DNA of 63,996 bases, the filler included, from Catajapyx aquilonaris (taxonomy: Eukaryota): NCBI GenBank assembly GCA_000934665.2. It is 3 parts of 3 records of this genome, joined end to end, with 100 filler letters (N's around TTAATTAATTAA, not from the genome) between each part and the next. Parts side by side here need not be neighbours in the genome. Positions count along the whole stretch, not along the records: positions 1 to 21,471 come from JYFJ02006042.1; 2 more parts are not named here. One strand, given 5' to 3'. Both the position numbers and the translations under genes were made by a program. How positions within the stretch are numbered: position 1 is the stretch's first letter; each line of letters starts with the position of its first letter. Below, in pieces: positions 1-13,449 of this stretch. The notes beneath the pieces are model-generated. The model was not told where the DNA came from. It saw only the letters and a list, made by a program, of their open reading frames with translations, and did not search any database.

Positions 1-260
1 CCTGCACCGAACAGTTAGTTATGGTTTCAAGTCTACCGCAAAAAATAATGATAATTATCCGAGCACAATTAACCGCAATTGTAGGCATAAAACTACCCGC
101 GTCCATGCAGCCCGCCATATAAGAGGCAGGCAGGAGAGGTGAACATCTGTCGACAGCAGTGCCGCCTGGCGGTGCGGCGTTCGATTTTTTGGGAGGCTGA
201 GCTTTTCCGTTGGAGGGATACCCGATCGGCATACTAGTTTATTCTAGGTACTATAACAAT

Positions 261-749
261 GAGGACGTTCCTTAATTCACCGGTAGCCGACCGGGGCGAC
301 CGCAACTGTTCCTAAATTCTCCGGTCCGCCGACCGGTAGCTGAGGCAGCGTCATGTATGACGTCACCGGTAGGGAACCGCTTGCACCGGCCGGCCGAGGG
401 ATATGGTTCGTCCGGTCGATCCAACATGGCGACTCCCAGCACTGGATATGAGATGAGGTTATGGGCATGCGAAAGTGGCCTACCTCGGGCGTTTGAACAC
501 CGAAAAGGATGTATTAATGAGCTGCGGCCATTTCTGTCCCCTGGCATGTCTATTTCGGGCTCAGGTGAGGCTATGCCGATGTTTCGAAAGAGGGTGACTA
601 ATTCCATGTTCGAATTCTGCGGTTGGTTGTTACCGGTGCGTACCAAAAAACGTTCCTTTAATCCGAGCGTTGACGTCATTGGTACCCGAACCGGAGGGGA
701 ACCGGCAGGGCGCACCGGTCTGCGCACCGATGAATTTAGGAACGTCCTC
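261..749. mobile_element. MITE, PIF/Harbinger-like
   Basis: About 24-bp TIRs (gaggacgttccttaattcaccggt vs reverse complement of accgatgaatttaggaacgtcctc) flanked by a 3-bp AAT direct repeat (258-260, 750-752). No recognisable coding capacity. Confidence 0.65.
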
Positions 750-1579
750 AATGGGTACAACAATCGTGACGTCATGATATGGCTTCCCTCCGGGTCGATT
801 TCCGTATTTCCAAACCTGCCTACTTGCAGGCCGACCGCAACATTTGCAACCGCACGAAAACGGTGTTCTTTTTAGCTCGCACCGTAACCATGGCGACGAA
901 ACGCAGGTAACTTGTTTACTGCAAGTACTTGCAGGCGGGCGTTCATTTTGCAGCCCGTAGTCGCCAAGGGCTCGCATTGTTACCGATTGTTACCGTATTT
1001 TTTAAATAATGTAATGAAAATAAGGTAAAGCATAATATATTTATTTAAGCAGTTAGCGTACGTAATTCCGCATAAAGTGTAGAGATGATATTTACACAAA
1101 ATAATACTCTAAATAATATGTGACTATTGTCACACATGGATTCCAATTACACGCATCGCTGCTCATAATGAAATATTAACTTATTATTTTATTTCGGGGT
1201 TCTATTACGTCCTTGGGTTTTTTGTGTAGGGGATCGGGCACTGCAGCACGTCGGGCCGGATACGTGTTCAAAATGTGAAGGCTGTACTTGCAACGGGTTT
1301 TGAGATATGCTTGACAGAAAAACGTCCTCCCAACAAGGAAAATTTTCATTGTTGTTTTTGCACGAGGATCTTACTTATAGGGACTATCGTCCCTACAATG
1401 TAAGTCGTTGAAATAACACTGATTAATAATTTAATTATAATTTATAGTCAATTTCTCAACTTGGGCCTGCTACAGGCCTACTTAGAAATTGGTACGAAAA
1501 TTAGTAGGCCTACTGAATGGGTATGAAATATTTTGGTCATGAATGACATTTCTGATTATTTTTCACTGCAGCCAGGATC

Positions 1580-3173
1580 ATGTCGCTGACCCAGACCATC
1601 AAGAAGGAAGAGGAGGACGAGGAGATGACGACGGAGGAGACTTGGCTCCTGCGGGTCAAGGAGGAGACGCCTTCCTGCCTGGAGGAGGAGGACCCTGGCT
1701 TCTTTGAACGATATGCTGCAGGGGCTGGAGGTGTTGAAGGGAAGGAAGACCATGGCAGGGTGGTAAGCATGTAGATCACCTCAGTTTGTTAACGAGAGTG
1801 GAACCTGCTCTTCAGACGCTTTCATGCAAATGTAATATTCAGCCATCAGTGTCAAACGAAGAGGAGGCAGGTGGAAACGCGGCTGCAGACAGCGGTTTGA
1901 TCTTGACCATCAGTGTCAAGCCAGAGTCGGATGCAGCTCAAGGTCCGAGCACAACTTCGATTCTCAAGAGCTTTAGGATGAAGAAGCAGAACCATTCAGA
2001 TGAGAATCTGGAGAAAGGAAAGGTAAGGTCACGTAGCAATCGAAGCAGCTGTGGTGACAAGATCAATTGCCTTTTTAAAAATCGTACGCTATTTTTATTT
2101 TGTAGGCAAACACAAATCAAGAGAGCATGAAGACTTCTTTCCCTTGCCCCGTCGGTGGAATGGTGTTTGATGACGAAAAGGAGCCCAGAGCCCACAGACG
2201 CTCCCACAGTACTTTCCCATGTGACGTTTGTGGCAAGATTTGCAAGAATTTGGGAGCTCTGACCCTCCACAAGGAATCCCATCCGAGAGAGAAGCCCCAC
2301 AAGTGCACCAGATGCGACAAGTCCTTCTTTTCCGTGGTCAGGCTGCAGGCTCACGTTACCTCCCACGACGCTGGTGGTGACCTCGTGTGTCGCATTTGCA
2401 ACAAGTCCTACAGCAAAAGACGAGCATTTTTGGCACATGTGAGAATGCACGAGCGAATTCATGTTTGCAGAGTGTGTGACAAGGCATTTACAAGCCAATC
2501 TGTCTTAAAGAGGCATGCAAGTGCACATGTGGAGGAGAAACCCTTTGCTTGTGATGTTTGCAACAGTAGATTTACGTATATGGTGACTTTGAAACGTCAC
2601 AAGAAATTGATGCATGTTGAGCAGGGGCAATTATTAAAATGCAAATTCTGCCCCTCCACTTTTAAGGATGAGGAATACCTCCAGCGTCACTTGAAGAGGC
2701 ATACAGAAGCAGGCCCAGATAAAAGGTTCAGGTGCACTGTGTGTGGAAAGGCATTCACTAAGAAGAGTCATTTGGTAAGGCATGGTGCTACTCACACTGG
2801 GGAAAGGCCCTTTGAATGTGACGTGTGTGGTAAGGCTTTTCGTCAGGCAAGTAATTTGAAAGTGCATAAGGTGCTACACATGGAAGATGAATCTCACTTA
2901 TGCACAAAATGTGGGAAATGCTTCAAGTCGAGAAGTGCTCTTTACCAACACACAAGAAGGCATAAGATTCCACCGAAACTGGTCAAATGCCCCCATTGTG
3001 ATGAAGCTTTCAGCTGCAAGAGTAAAGTAGAGGACCACATTCGGCAGAGCCACACCGGGGAGAGGCCTTACACTTGCGACATTTGCGGGAAAAGATTTGC
3101 AAGCAAACAAAATATCAAGCAACATATCAAGATGGTTCACGGTAAGGAAAAGCCACTCAAATCCGGAAAATGA
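1580..3173 (+). CDS. C2H2 zinc-finger protein, cluster copy ZF1 (476 aa; 11 intact fingers plus 1 degenerate)
   Basis: Exons 1580-1762, 1843-2022, 2106-3173 joined by phase-0 GT-AG introns give an open frame. Tandem CxxC..HxxxH fingers with TGERP linkers and an acidic TEETWL N-terminus. Acceptor at 1571/1575 suggests an upstream exon (possible donor at 907). Confidence 0.9.
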
Positions 3174-4010
3174 GAAAAGCGTTTCCAGACTCACTCAGGA
3201 TCACACTGTCGCTCAATGTTTTATTTTTATGCATGGCCATTCCCATGTCTTTGTTGAGCCAAGCCTTTTGAGAGACATTGTAACCTTCTCAGATGCAAGA
3301 GGAAATTGCTGTGATTTCTATAAAAATTAAGTGTGTTTTGGGGGGGCGTTTCAGGAAGTGTTACAAAGGAAAATATGTGAGAGACATTCTGTATTATTCA
3401 TATCCAATCCTCTAATTGGAAATTAAAAATATATTTTCTCCAATTCCTTTTCGATATTTAAAACCTCATTTACAGCTTGAAGCCTGGTCGTTTTAATGAC
3501 TATAATATCTGAGCGAAATTTAATTCTTTAGATTGGATATGCAGCCACTATAAATTGGCCCTTCAAACATTAAAGGCATTTTATGGCTGAGAAACCTTCA
3601 TTATAATATCTTCATGATAATAATATATAACAAAAATAGACCGATATTACATAATGTGTAACTAATAAACTGTATCATTATTTCTGTTACATAATAGTTA
3701 TATAACTTATATGATTGCATAATGTGACCAAAGTGAAGATGAAGTTTTTCTTCCACCTAGCTGTGGGCGTTAATTACTATCAATCTCGTTGAACCATTCG
3801 CAATGCTTAATTGTAACCAGGAACATTAACCAGGCCATTAAATGTGCATAATAAATGTTTCGAACAGTCAGCATTATTATGTTTTAACTCATTTTAGGCA
3901 GAGAAAAACATGTCAAAATATTCGTGCAAGTCATTAGCCAACCTTGAAGCGATGGCGCCCTTTCTTTACGATAAGTACAGGCTGGAGAGAGTGTCAGTAC
4001 CGGTATCGAA

Positions 4011-4076
4011 GTAGCGCAGTGGTCTAGTGGTCAAGACTCTCTCTTCGTAACCTGAAGGTTGGAGGTTCGAATCCTT
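4011..4076 (+). repeat. Degenerate tRNA-derived Pol III head (SINE remnant)
   Basis: A-box-like tggtctagtgg and B-box ggttcgaatcc. No clean acceptor stem. Confidence 0.4.
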
Positions 4077-4790
4077 TTAAAAAAGACGTCCTTTCTTTTT
4101 ATCAACTTGTCATAGCTAAAATCCTGCTCTATTGAAAAAAATAGGCTACTTGTGGATCGCTGCGAGAGAAAATAATAAATTGATATGGGACACCGGCTTT
4201 GCCACATTGGGTCCCACATGGCTGCCATATTGGCGCCAGTCTACTTCTACACTTATTATCAACTTTGTCTTGCCGATCCACAGATATGGCCACGTCACGT
4301 GTATGAATCTGCATTGTCGGACTTGGATGTGTAGATTCTTGCAGGTGACAACTTCCGCATGATGAGTTTGTCAGCCATACCATGCCAGGCCTTTAATGTT
4401 TGAAGGGCCAATTTATTATTATAGTGGCAGCATGTACTACAATCTAATTAATTAAATTTTGCTCAGATATAGTCATTAAAACCTTTCATAACTTTCAACT
4501 GTAACTTTCAAACTGTAAATCAGGTTTTAAAGATTGGAAAAGAGTTGAGGAAATATATTTTTAATTTTCAATAGACCAGTACATACAAATAATAAATGCT
4601 TGTCTCTCGTACATTTCCTTAACATTTCCTCAAATGGCCCCAAATACATTTTGATTTTGATAGAAATTGCGGCACTTTCTTCTTGCGTCTGAGAACAAGG
4701 TTGTTGAGAGCCTTGGCACAGCAATGGCCGCACGTAACAATTAAACATTAAGTGACAGTTTCATCCTGAGGGAGTCCGGAAACCCTTTTC

Positions 4791-6335
4791 TCATTTGCTG
4801 GATTTGGGTGGCTTTTCCTTACCATGTACCCGATTGACATGCTTTCTGATATTTGGTCTGCCTGCAAATCTTTTCCCACACAAGTCACAAGCGTAAGGCC
4901 TCTCCCCAGTGTGCCTTTGCCGGATGTGGGCCTCTAGTTCATTCTTCTTTCTGAAAGACTTAGAACAATGGGGGCATTTGACCAGTTTTGGTGGAATCTT
5001 ATGACTCCTCATGTGATGGTAAAGAGCACTTCTCGACTTCAAGCATTCTCCGCAAACATGAGATTCTTCTTCCATGTGTAGCAACTTGTGCTCTTTCAAA
5101 TTACTTGCTTGACGAAAAGCCTTACCACACAAGTCACATTCAAAGGGCTTTTCCCCAGTGAGTAGCACCATGCCTCACTAAATTACTCTTCCAAGTGAAT
5201 GCCTTTCCGCACACAGTGCACTTGAACCGTTTCTCTGCATGTCTTTTCATGTGACGCTTGAGGTATTCCTCATTCTTAAAAGTGGAGGGGCAGAATTTGC
5301 ATTTTAATAGTGGTGTCTGCTCAGCATGATTCAATTTCTTGTGACGTTTCAAGGTGTTCACATACTTAAATCTATTGTTACAAACATCGCAAGCAAAGAG
5401 TTTCTCTTCAACATGTACACTTGCATGCCTCTTTAAGTGAGAGTCACTTATAAATGCCTTGTCGCACACTCTGCAAACATGCATTTGCTGGTGCACTTTT
5501 AGATGTGCCAAAAATGCTTTTCTTTTGCTGAAGGACTTGTTGCAAATGCGACACATGAGTTCACCACCAGCGTCATGGGAGGAAGAGTGAACCTGCAGCC
5601 TGACCTCGGAAAAGAAGGACTTGTCGCATCTGGTGCACTTGAGGGGCTTCTCTCCCGGATGGATGGCTTCCTTGTGGAGGCTCAGAGACCACCAAGTCTT
5701 GCATATCTTGCCACAAAGGTCACATGGAAAAGTATTTTGTTGAATGTGGGCATGTCTGTATGTGCCTCAGCCTTTATTTCCTCATCAAAAACCATTCCAC
5801 AGATCAGGCAAGGGAAAGAATAAGTCTGTGCCTACAAAACAATAGCAGCATAAAATATTTAACAATACAATTTTGCTTTGAATGCTATGTGACCCACCTT
5901 TTCTTTACCAGGACTCCCATCTTTATTGCCCTGCTTTGCCATCCTGAAACCCTTCAGAATATCCATTGTGCGAGGACCTTGCGCTGCTTCTGGCTCTGGC
6001 TTGACACTGATGGTCAAGATCAAACCACTGTCCGCAGCCGCATTTTCACCCGCATCCTCTGCCTCTTCTTCGTTTGCCACTGATGTCTGAAACGGTCTGA
6101 AATTAATCGCATGGACGAGTTAATGATCAGGACCTCAATGACCGGAGCTCGGATATCATCCGGGTATGATCTGATTCCACATCATGCCCAGCGGTACACT
6201 ATACAGGCTCCTTCATAATAACTAATGGAGTTAATCCACATGCTCACCTCTCCCTCACTGCCGCCTTCGTCTTCCATTTTCACATGGTCATCAACGCCTG
6301 AAACGTATTCCTCGATGAAGCCAGGCCCCTCTTCC
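4791..6335 (-). pseudogene. C2H2 zinc-finger pseudogene ZF2
   Basis: Paralogous exons 6248-~6335 (5'-truncated, no ATG), 5898-6086, 4791-5831. A +2 insertion near 5760 and a -2 deletion near 5160 relative to intact paralogs; one finger lacks CGK. Confidence 0.85.
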
Positions 6336-7002
6336 TAGAACCTAGAATAGTCAGATTTCTACCAGGGATACAGAAGTGGACATGAGGTCGTGGCGTCATT
6401 AATTATTCCAATTGCCCTCTTTTTCAACCAAGACCTGTCATAAAAATGTTGGCCGAGAGGGACTCGAAACACTTAGGTTCTGATCATGCACCGGTGTACT
6501 TCGCCAATAGACCAACTAATCGCATGAAGATTTTGTTACAAACATGTACGGCATATGCCAGGGAATTACGCAGTTATAGTAATAATGGCCAAGGTCTTAA
6601 CTTGAACGAGTACTTGAGTAACGTATTTCAATATCTTTAATCATCAGGATAGCATTGAGCAGTCATCCGATATCATGGTTATGATCTGATTCCACATGAA
6701 CCCTTTCAAACTGTAAATGAGGTTTTAAGGTTTGGAAAAGAGTTGAGGAAATACATTTTTAATTTTCAATAGGCAAGAATACATACAAATAATAATGCTT
6801 GTCTCTCGTACATTTCTTTAACATTTCCTCAAATGGCCCCAATTATATTTGATTTTCATAGAAATTACGGCACTTTTTTCTTGCGTTTGAGAACAATAAG
6901 GTTGAGATGTCTCTCAAAAGCCTTGGCACAACAATGGCCGCACGTCAGAATTAAACATTAAGTGACAGTTCGATCCTGAGGGAGTCTGGAAACACACTTT
7001 CC

Positions 7003-8328
7003 TCATTTGGTGGGTTTGGGTGGCTTTTCCTTACCATGTACCCGATTGACATGCTGCCTGATATTGTGTCTGCCTGCAAATCTTTTCCCGCAAACGTCAC
7101 AAGCGTAAGGCCTCTCCCCAGTGTGCCTCTGCCGGATGTGGGCCTCTAGTTCACTCTTCTTTCTGAAAGACTTAGAACAATGGGGGCATTTGACCAGTTT
7201 TGGTGAAATCTTATGACTCCTCGTGTGACGGTAGAGGGCACTTCTCGACTCCAAGCATTTCCCACACTCTCCACAAACATGAGATTCATCTTCCATGTGT
7301 AGCAACTTGTGCTGTTTCAAATTACTTGCCTGATGAAAAGCCTTCCCACACACGTCACATTCAAATTGTTTTTCCCCAGTGTGGGTAGACCCATGCCTTG
7401 CCAAACTACTCTTCCTAGTGAATGCCATTCCGCAGACAGTGCACCTGAACCTTCTCTCTGGGCCTGCCTCTGCATGTCTTTTCATGTGACGCTTGAGGTA
7501 TTCCTCATTCGTGAAAGTGGAGGGGCAGAATTGGCATTTTAATCGTTGTGTCTGCTCAGCATTCTTGTGACGGTTCAGAGACCACAAATTCTTGTATACC
7601 TTGCCACAAACGTCACACGGGAAAGTACTGTGGGCACATCTGTGGACTTTGGCCTTCTTTTCCTCATCAAAAACCATTCCACAGATGGGGCAAGGGAAAG
7701 AAGGCTGCACCTTCCTGCTCGTTTGATTAGCGCTTGCCTACAAATAAATAATAGCAATATAACATTTTTGAAAATACAATTCTGCTTTCAATGTTCTATG
7801 ACCCACCTTTCCTTTCTCCAGATTCCCATCTGAATGGCTCTTCTTTTCCATCCTGAAACTCTTCAGAATTTCCATTGTGCTAGGACCTTTAACTGCTTCT
7901 GGCTCCGGCTTGACACTGATGGTCAATATCAAACCACTGTCCGCAGCTGTGTTTTCACCCGCACCCTCTTCCTCCTGGTCGTGTCCTTCCAACGGCTGAA
8001 ATTAAATGCATATGGATAAGTTAATCGTCACATTAAGGACTGAAATGAGCAATCCTCTGATATTGTGGTTATGATCTGATCCCACATCATGCTCTCTCAT
8101 TAACCTTACTGATCAACAAAGAAAGATAATCCAGATGCTTACCACCCTGCCGTCGTCTTCCTTCCCTTCAACTCCTCCAGCCCCTGAAGCGTATCGTTCA
8201 AAGAGGCCAGTGTCCTCCTCCTCCAGGCAGGAAGGCGTCTCCTCCTTGATCCGCAGGAGCCAAGTCTCCTCCGTCGTCACCTCCTCGTCCTCCGCTTCCT
8301 TCTTGATGGTCGTCGGCATGGTCGACAT
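7003..8328 (-). CDS. C2H2 zinc-finger protein ZF3 (369 aa; in-frame deletion of four internal fingers)
   Basis: Exons 8143-8328, 7807-7995, 7003-7737 with phase-0 introns and open frame. Finger 2 is fused to the linker before finger 7 (RHKN|AEQ). Confidence 0.8.
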
Positions 8329-9170
8329 GTTCCTGGCTGCGGTCAACAATAATCAGTCATTAAGCAACAGAGTCATGTCGTCATGACCATTTCACACCCA
8401 TTCAAATCCAATAAATTTGTAAGCAGGCCTGTAGGCCAAAGCTTGTTTGTTTGTCCAGAGGTTAGGTCACCCAGCCAACTGGTTGCTGCCTCAGGTCGTT
8501 ACCTTCCCCGTCTTCCCACGCCTTCCTATTCGACTTCCGCCCACTAAAATATCACTAAAATATCACCAAAAATCGACACCCAATTAACAAAAACAATGAT
8601 TAATAATTACCTGAAGCGCGTTGATGGAACAAAAAGAGGAACGCCCGTCGCCACTCATTTGTTCTGTCAAGTAGCGAAAAGTAACCGGCCGCATTCCGAT
8701 GGCTGCAAGAACAGGGACATAAGCGCTATTAAAGGTAGCTGTTACTGTAACCGCTACTCGCTACTCGCTATTCATTTTTTTTTTTTTTTTCCTGCCTTAG
8801 GAAACTGCCTTAGGAAAGGTTCCTTTGTTCAGCCTCCCAGTGTGCAAGGTCATTAATGAGAAGTTTTGCCATGCCTAGCCCCACCAAGGATCTTACCCAT
8901 TTGGCCCTTTTTGTGGAGATACATGCATGGTGAAAAGATCCGGCATCACCAGCACCTGCGGGATAAGATTGCAACAGTAACGCCAGACATGCCTGAAAGG
9001 GTTTGGCACGACACCTATTAGCGTATTTAAATTTATCAAGTGACAAATGGAGCTCATATCGAAACAAATTATGGTAATGCCAAAACTTTAGACGTGACAT
9101 TATATGGTCGCACATAAGAATTAAACACTAAGCTACAGTTTGATACTGGGTGAGTCTCAAAACACTTTTC

Positions 9171-10118
9171 TCATTTGCTAGTTTCGGGTGGATTTTCCTG
9201 ACCATGAACTACCATGACATGCTCTCTGACATTACGTCTGCCTGCAAATTTTGTCCCGCAGACGTCACAAGCATAAGGCCTCTCCCCAGTGTGACTTCGC
9301 CGAATGTGGGCCTCTCTGCTTCACACTTGCTTTGGAAAGACTTAGAACAATGGGGCCATTTGACCAGTTTTGGTGGAATCTTATGACTCCTCATGTGACG
9401 AGAAAGAGCATCTCTGGACTTGAAGCATCTCCCACACTCTCCACAAACATGAGATTCATCTTCCATGTGTAGCAACTCATGCCTCTTCAAATGCCTTGTT
9501 GCACACCCTGCAAACATGAATTCGCTGGTGCACTTTTGCATGTGCCAAAAATGTTTTTATTTTGCTGTAGGACTTGTGGCAAACGTGACACACGAGTTCA
9601 CCACCAGCGTCATGGGAGGAAGCGTGAAGCTGCAGGTTGATCTCTGAGAAGAAGGACTTGTCGCATCTGGTGCACTTGTGGGGCTTCTCTCCTGGATGGG
9701 ATTCCTTATGTCTGATCAGAGACCACCAAGTCTTGCATATCTTGCCACAAACATCACATGGAAAAGTATTTTGTTGAGTGTGGGCACGTCTGTGTGCCTT
9801 AGCCTTTATTTCCTCATCAAAAACCATTCCACAGACCAGGCAAGGGAAAGAATAAGTCTGTGCCTACAAAACAATAGCAGCATAAAATATTTAACAATCC
9901 AATTTTGCTTTGAATGCTACGTGACCCACCTTTCCCTTCTCCAGTCTATCATCTGAATGGTTCTGCTTGTCCATCCTGAAACTCTTCAGAATTTCCATTG
10001 TGGTAGAACCTTTCGCTGTCTCTGGCTCTGGCTTGACACTGATGGTCAAGATCAAACCACTGTCCGCAGCCGTGTTTTCACCCGCACGCTCTGCCTCCCC
10101 TTCGTTTGCCACTGACGG
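9171..10118 (-). pseudogene. C2H2 zinc-finger pseudogene ZF4
   Basis: Exon 2 (9930-10118) and exon 3 (from 9863) present, exon 1 and promoter absent. Frameshifting deletion near 9480 (AFEEA*), CPHC mutated to WPHC, further frameshift near 9315. Confidence 0.85.
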
Positions 10119-10327
10119 CTGAAATTAATCGCCATTCTCCATCTCTCCATCACTGCTACTCGCTGATGTAACAAAACATAATGGAAACAATTACAATGTG
10201 ATAAGCATACATTGTTTACTTTATTATATCAGAACATATTAGCGATAATTTTGCTGTTGTAAAATGCTATTCACAATGGTCATATTATACTATCACATAA
10301 TAGTTATGTAACTTTTATGTAACTATA

Positions 10328-10507
10328 CAGTAGACTCCGGATATTACAGATTTCAAGGGACTACAACTTAAATCAGTCTGCTATAGCCGAGGTCTGTTGT
10401 AGCCCAATACAAAGCCCATGTATGGAAGTATGGCGGGACAAGCCTTTTGGATCCGCTACAACCTGGATCCTGTCATAGCCGAAGGTTGTTATATCCGGAG
10501 TCAGCTG
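10328..10507. mobile_element. Short Tc1/mariner (Tigger/pogo-like) MITE
   Basis: Inverted ends cagtagactccggatat / atatccggagtcagctg. Truncated paralogous copy at about 19871-19905. Confidence 0.5.
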
Positions 10508-10908
10508 TCTATGATATAGTTTATGTGTTACATATTACGTAATATAGGCATATTTGTTACATATGTAATCTAATCTCCTAATTTAATTTCGCGCATATAC
10601 AGTATAGTCATGAAAACCACCAGGATTTATAGATTGGAAAAAAGTTAAGGATTTTAAAAAAAAACCAATAGAAGATTGCATAAATAATAAAGCTTGTCTA
10701 ACCCATTTCCTTCGTAACATTCCCTCAAATGGCAACCCAAATACATTTGATTTCAATAGAAACTGCAGCATTATTTTTTCTTGCTTCTGTCTGAGAAGTT
10801 CACAATGTCTCTCAAAAGCCTTGGCACAACAATGAGAATGGTCGCACATAATAATTAATCACTAAGCTGCAGTTTGATCCTGAGTGAGTCTCGAAACACA
10901 CACTTTCC

Positions 10909-12560
10909 TCATTTGTTGGTTTTGAGTGGCTTTTTTTCACTGTGTAATGCCTTGATATGCTCTCGGAGATGATTTTTGCCTGCAAATCTTTTCCCGCAAA
11001 TGTCACAAGCGTAAGGCCTCTCCCCAGTGTGCCTCTGCCGAATGTGGTCCTCTACTTCATTCTTGTATCTGAAAGCCTTAGAACAATGGGGACATTCGAT
11101 CAAGCATTTGGCAGGATTTGGGGGAATCTTATGTTTGCTCACATGACAGTGAAGGGCATACTTCGACTTCAAGCATTCCCCACATTCTCTGCAAACATGA
11201 GATTCATCTTCCACGTGTAGCAGCTTGTGCTGTTTCAAATTACTTGCCCTAAGAAAAGCCCTACCACACACGTCACATTCAAAGGGCTTTTCCCCAGTGT
11301 GTGTCAAGTCATGCCTTACCAAACTACCCTTTGTAGTGAATGCCTTTCCGCAGACAGTGCAACTGAACCTTTTCTCTGAGCCTGCCTCCGTATGCCTCTT
11401 CAAGTGAAGCATGAGCTTTTCCTCATCCTCAAAAGTGGAGGGGCAGAATTTGCATTTTAATAATTGCTTCTGCTCTACATGCTTCAATTTCTTGTGATGT
11501 TTCAAGTACCTCATAGACTTAAATCTAGTGTTGCAAACATCGCAAGCAAAAGTTTTGTCTTTCACATGTACACTTTCATGTGTCTTCAACACAGATTCAC
11601 TTATAAATGCCTTGTCGCACACTCTGCAAACATAAATTCGCTGGTGGACTTTCGCATGAGCCATAAATGCGTTTTTTTTGCCAAAGGATGTGTTGCAAAT
11701 GTGACACACAAGTTTTCCACCAGCATCATGGGAGGAAGCGTGAAGCTGCAGCCTGACCTCGGAAAAGAATGACTTGTCACATCTGGTGCACTTGTGAGGC
11801 TTCTCTCCCGGATGGGCTTCCTTGTGGCGGCTCAGAGACCACCAGGTCTTGAATATCTTGCCACAAACATCACACGGGAAAGGATTTTCTTCAGTGTGGG
11901 CACATCTGTGGGCCTTGGACTTCTTTTCCTCGTCAAAACCCTTTCCGCAGACCGGGCAAGGGAAGGAAGTCTGTGTCTAAAATAGAAGCATAAAATATTT
12001 ATCAATACAATTTTGCTTTGAATGCTACGTGACCAACCTTTCCCTTCTCCATACTATCATCTGAATGGTTCTGCTTGGCCAGACTTAATAAGCTCTTCAG
12101 AATTCCCGTTGTGGTAGAACTTTGCACTGTGTCTGGCTCCGGTTTGACGCTGACAGTCAAGATCAACCCACTGTCCGCAGCCACGTTTTCACCCGCATCC
12201 TCTGCCTCCTCTTCGTTTGCCACTGACGTCTGAAATTAATCGCATGGACGAGTTAATCATCAGGACAGCAATGAGCAGTCCTCTGATATGATGGCCATGA
12301 TCTCCACGTGTACTTTGGAGGCACCTCGCACCTTCATAATAACTAATTGAATTAATCCACATGCTCACCTCTCCCTCGCTGCCGCCTTCGTCTTCCATTT
12401 TCACATGGTCATCAACGCCTGAAACGTATTCCTCGATGAAGCCAGGCCCCTCCTCCTCCTGGTCAGGCGTCTCCTCCTTGATCCGCAAGAGCCAAGTCTC
12501 CTCCGTCGTCATCTCCTCGTCCTCCTCCGCCTCCTTCTTGATGGTCTGGGTCAGCGACAT
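10909..12560 (-). CDS. C2H2 zinc-finger protein ZF5 (483 aa; 12 fingers)
   Basis: Exons 12369-12560, 12038-12229, 10909-11976 with phase-0 GT-AG introns and fully open frame. Confidence 0.9.
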
Positions 12561-12698
12561 GGCCTTCCTCAGGGGCGTTCCACTCGCCTTCCCTCTCTTC
12601 ACCAACCCTTTCCAAGAACCTCGCCAAAAACAGTGCGAATCAGAGGGAATCCGAAGAGGAAAAAGAGAGAGAAGCGAAGGAGAATTATTAGTCAGAGG

Positions 12699-12740
12699 GA
12701 CGCCATCTTGGATTTTGGACAGGGTGCATTCGGACGCCTG
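12699..12740 (-). promoter_or_regulatory. Conserved cluster promoter element with YY1/Pho-like CAAGATGGCG core
   Basis: caggcgtccgaatgcacc-N-aaatccaagatggcgtc about 140 bp upstream of the ZF5 ATG; recurs at 13105, 15361 and 19529. Confidence 0.65.
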
Positions 12741-13104
12741 GAATAAAGAAGAACGGACAGCGGGAGGTGGATATACGCTATCGAATGTAGCTGCTACCTC
12801 AATCGCTGCTACTCGCTGATGGAACAAACTGCAATGAAAACTATATATCATGTAATATTGTCAGCATATTAGACACATATCATGTTATATATTCAGAATG
12901 TTGGTTACGTATCATGTAATATCAGCATATTTTTGTTATCCAGGTTGTTAAACAACGTATAATATTGCAATCAGCAAAATAGCACTTTATCGTGTCGCGA
13001 ATAACGTACAACGGTAGCGGTTACTTAAGTAACGGTTCCATAAATAGCTGTTAGTTAAGTAAAGGATCCGGGGATAGCGCTTAGACACATCGACGTATTG
13101 TGGT

Positions 13105-13146
13105 CAGGCGTCCGAATGCACCCAACCTGAAATCCAAGATGGCGTC
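13105..13146 (+). promoter_or_regulatory. Conserved cluster promoter element (divergent partner of the ZF5 copy)
   Basis: Same motif on the opposite strand, about 80 bp before the donor AAG|GTGAGT at 13224/13225. Confidence 0.65.
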
Positions 13147-13449
13147 GATTATTCTCGATTATTGAAGTGCGGCGTCGTAATTTAATCATTTGCGAGCTAA
13201 TTAAAGGTTGGAATTGGAAGCAAGGTGAGTGGACAGGTTAAATGGGACGATGGAAGGACATTTTGGGCCAAATTTTGGGTGGGGAATCGGAAGGAAGGTC
13301 CCGCTGGAGCTGATAAGAACACTTGTCATGGAGCTAGAAAAGGATTGGGCATTGTGGCCATTTTTAAAAATGCAAAACTGTGGGGGTTATGTAAGATTAT
13401 TGATATCCATATGAGCATACAGATTTATAACATACATTTTTACAGGACA

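Noticed and set aside
272..977. Overlapping 115-172 aa ORFs on both strands
   Set aside because: They lie over a GC-rich MITE and promoter region and show no recognisable motifs.
4011..4076. Possible functional tRNA gene (also SINE heads at 22060, 23696, 45981 and others)
   Set aside because: A and B boxes are present but there is no complete cloverleaf, and the heads run into repeat bodies.
5160..5760. Compensating +2/-2 frameshifts that might keep ZF2 functional
   Set aside because: The shifted frame hits TGA within about 25 codons, and exon 1 lacks its ATG.
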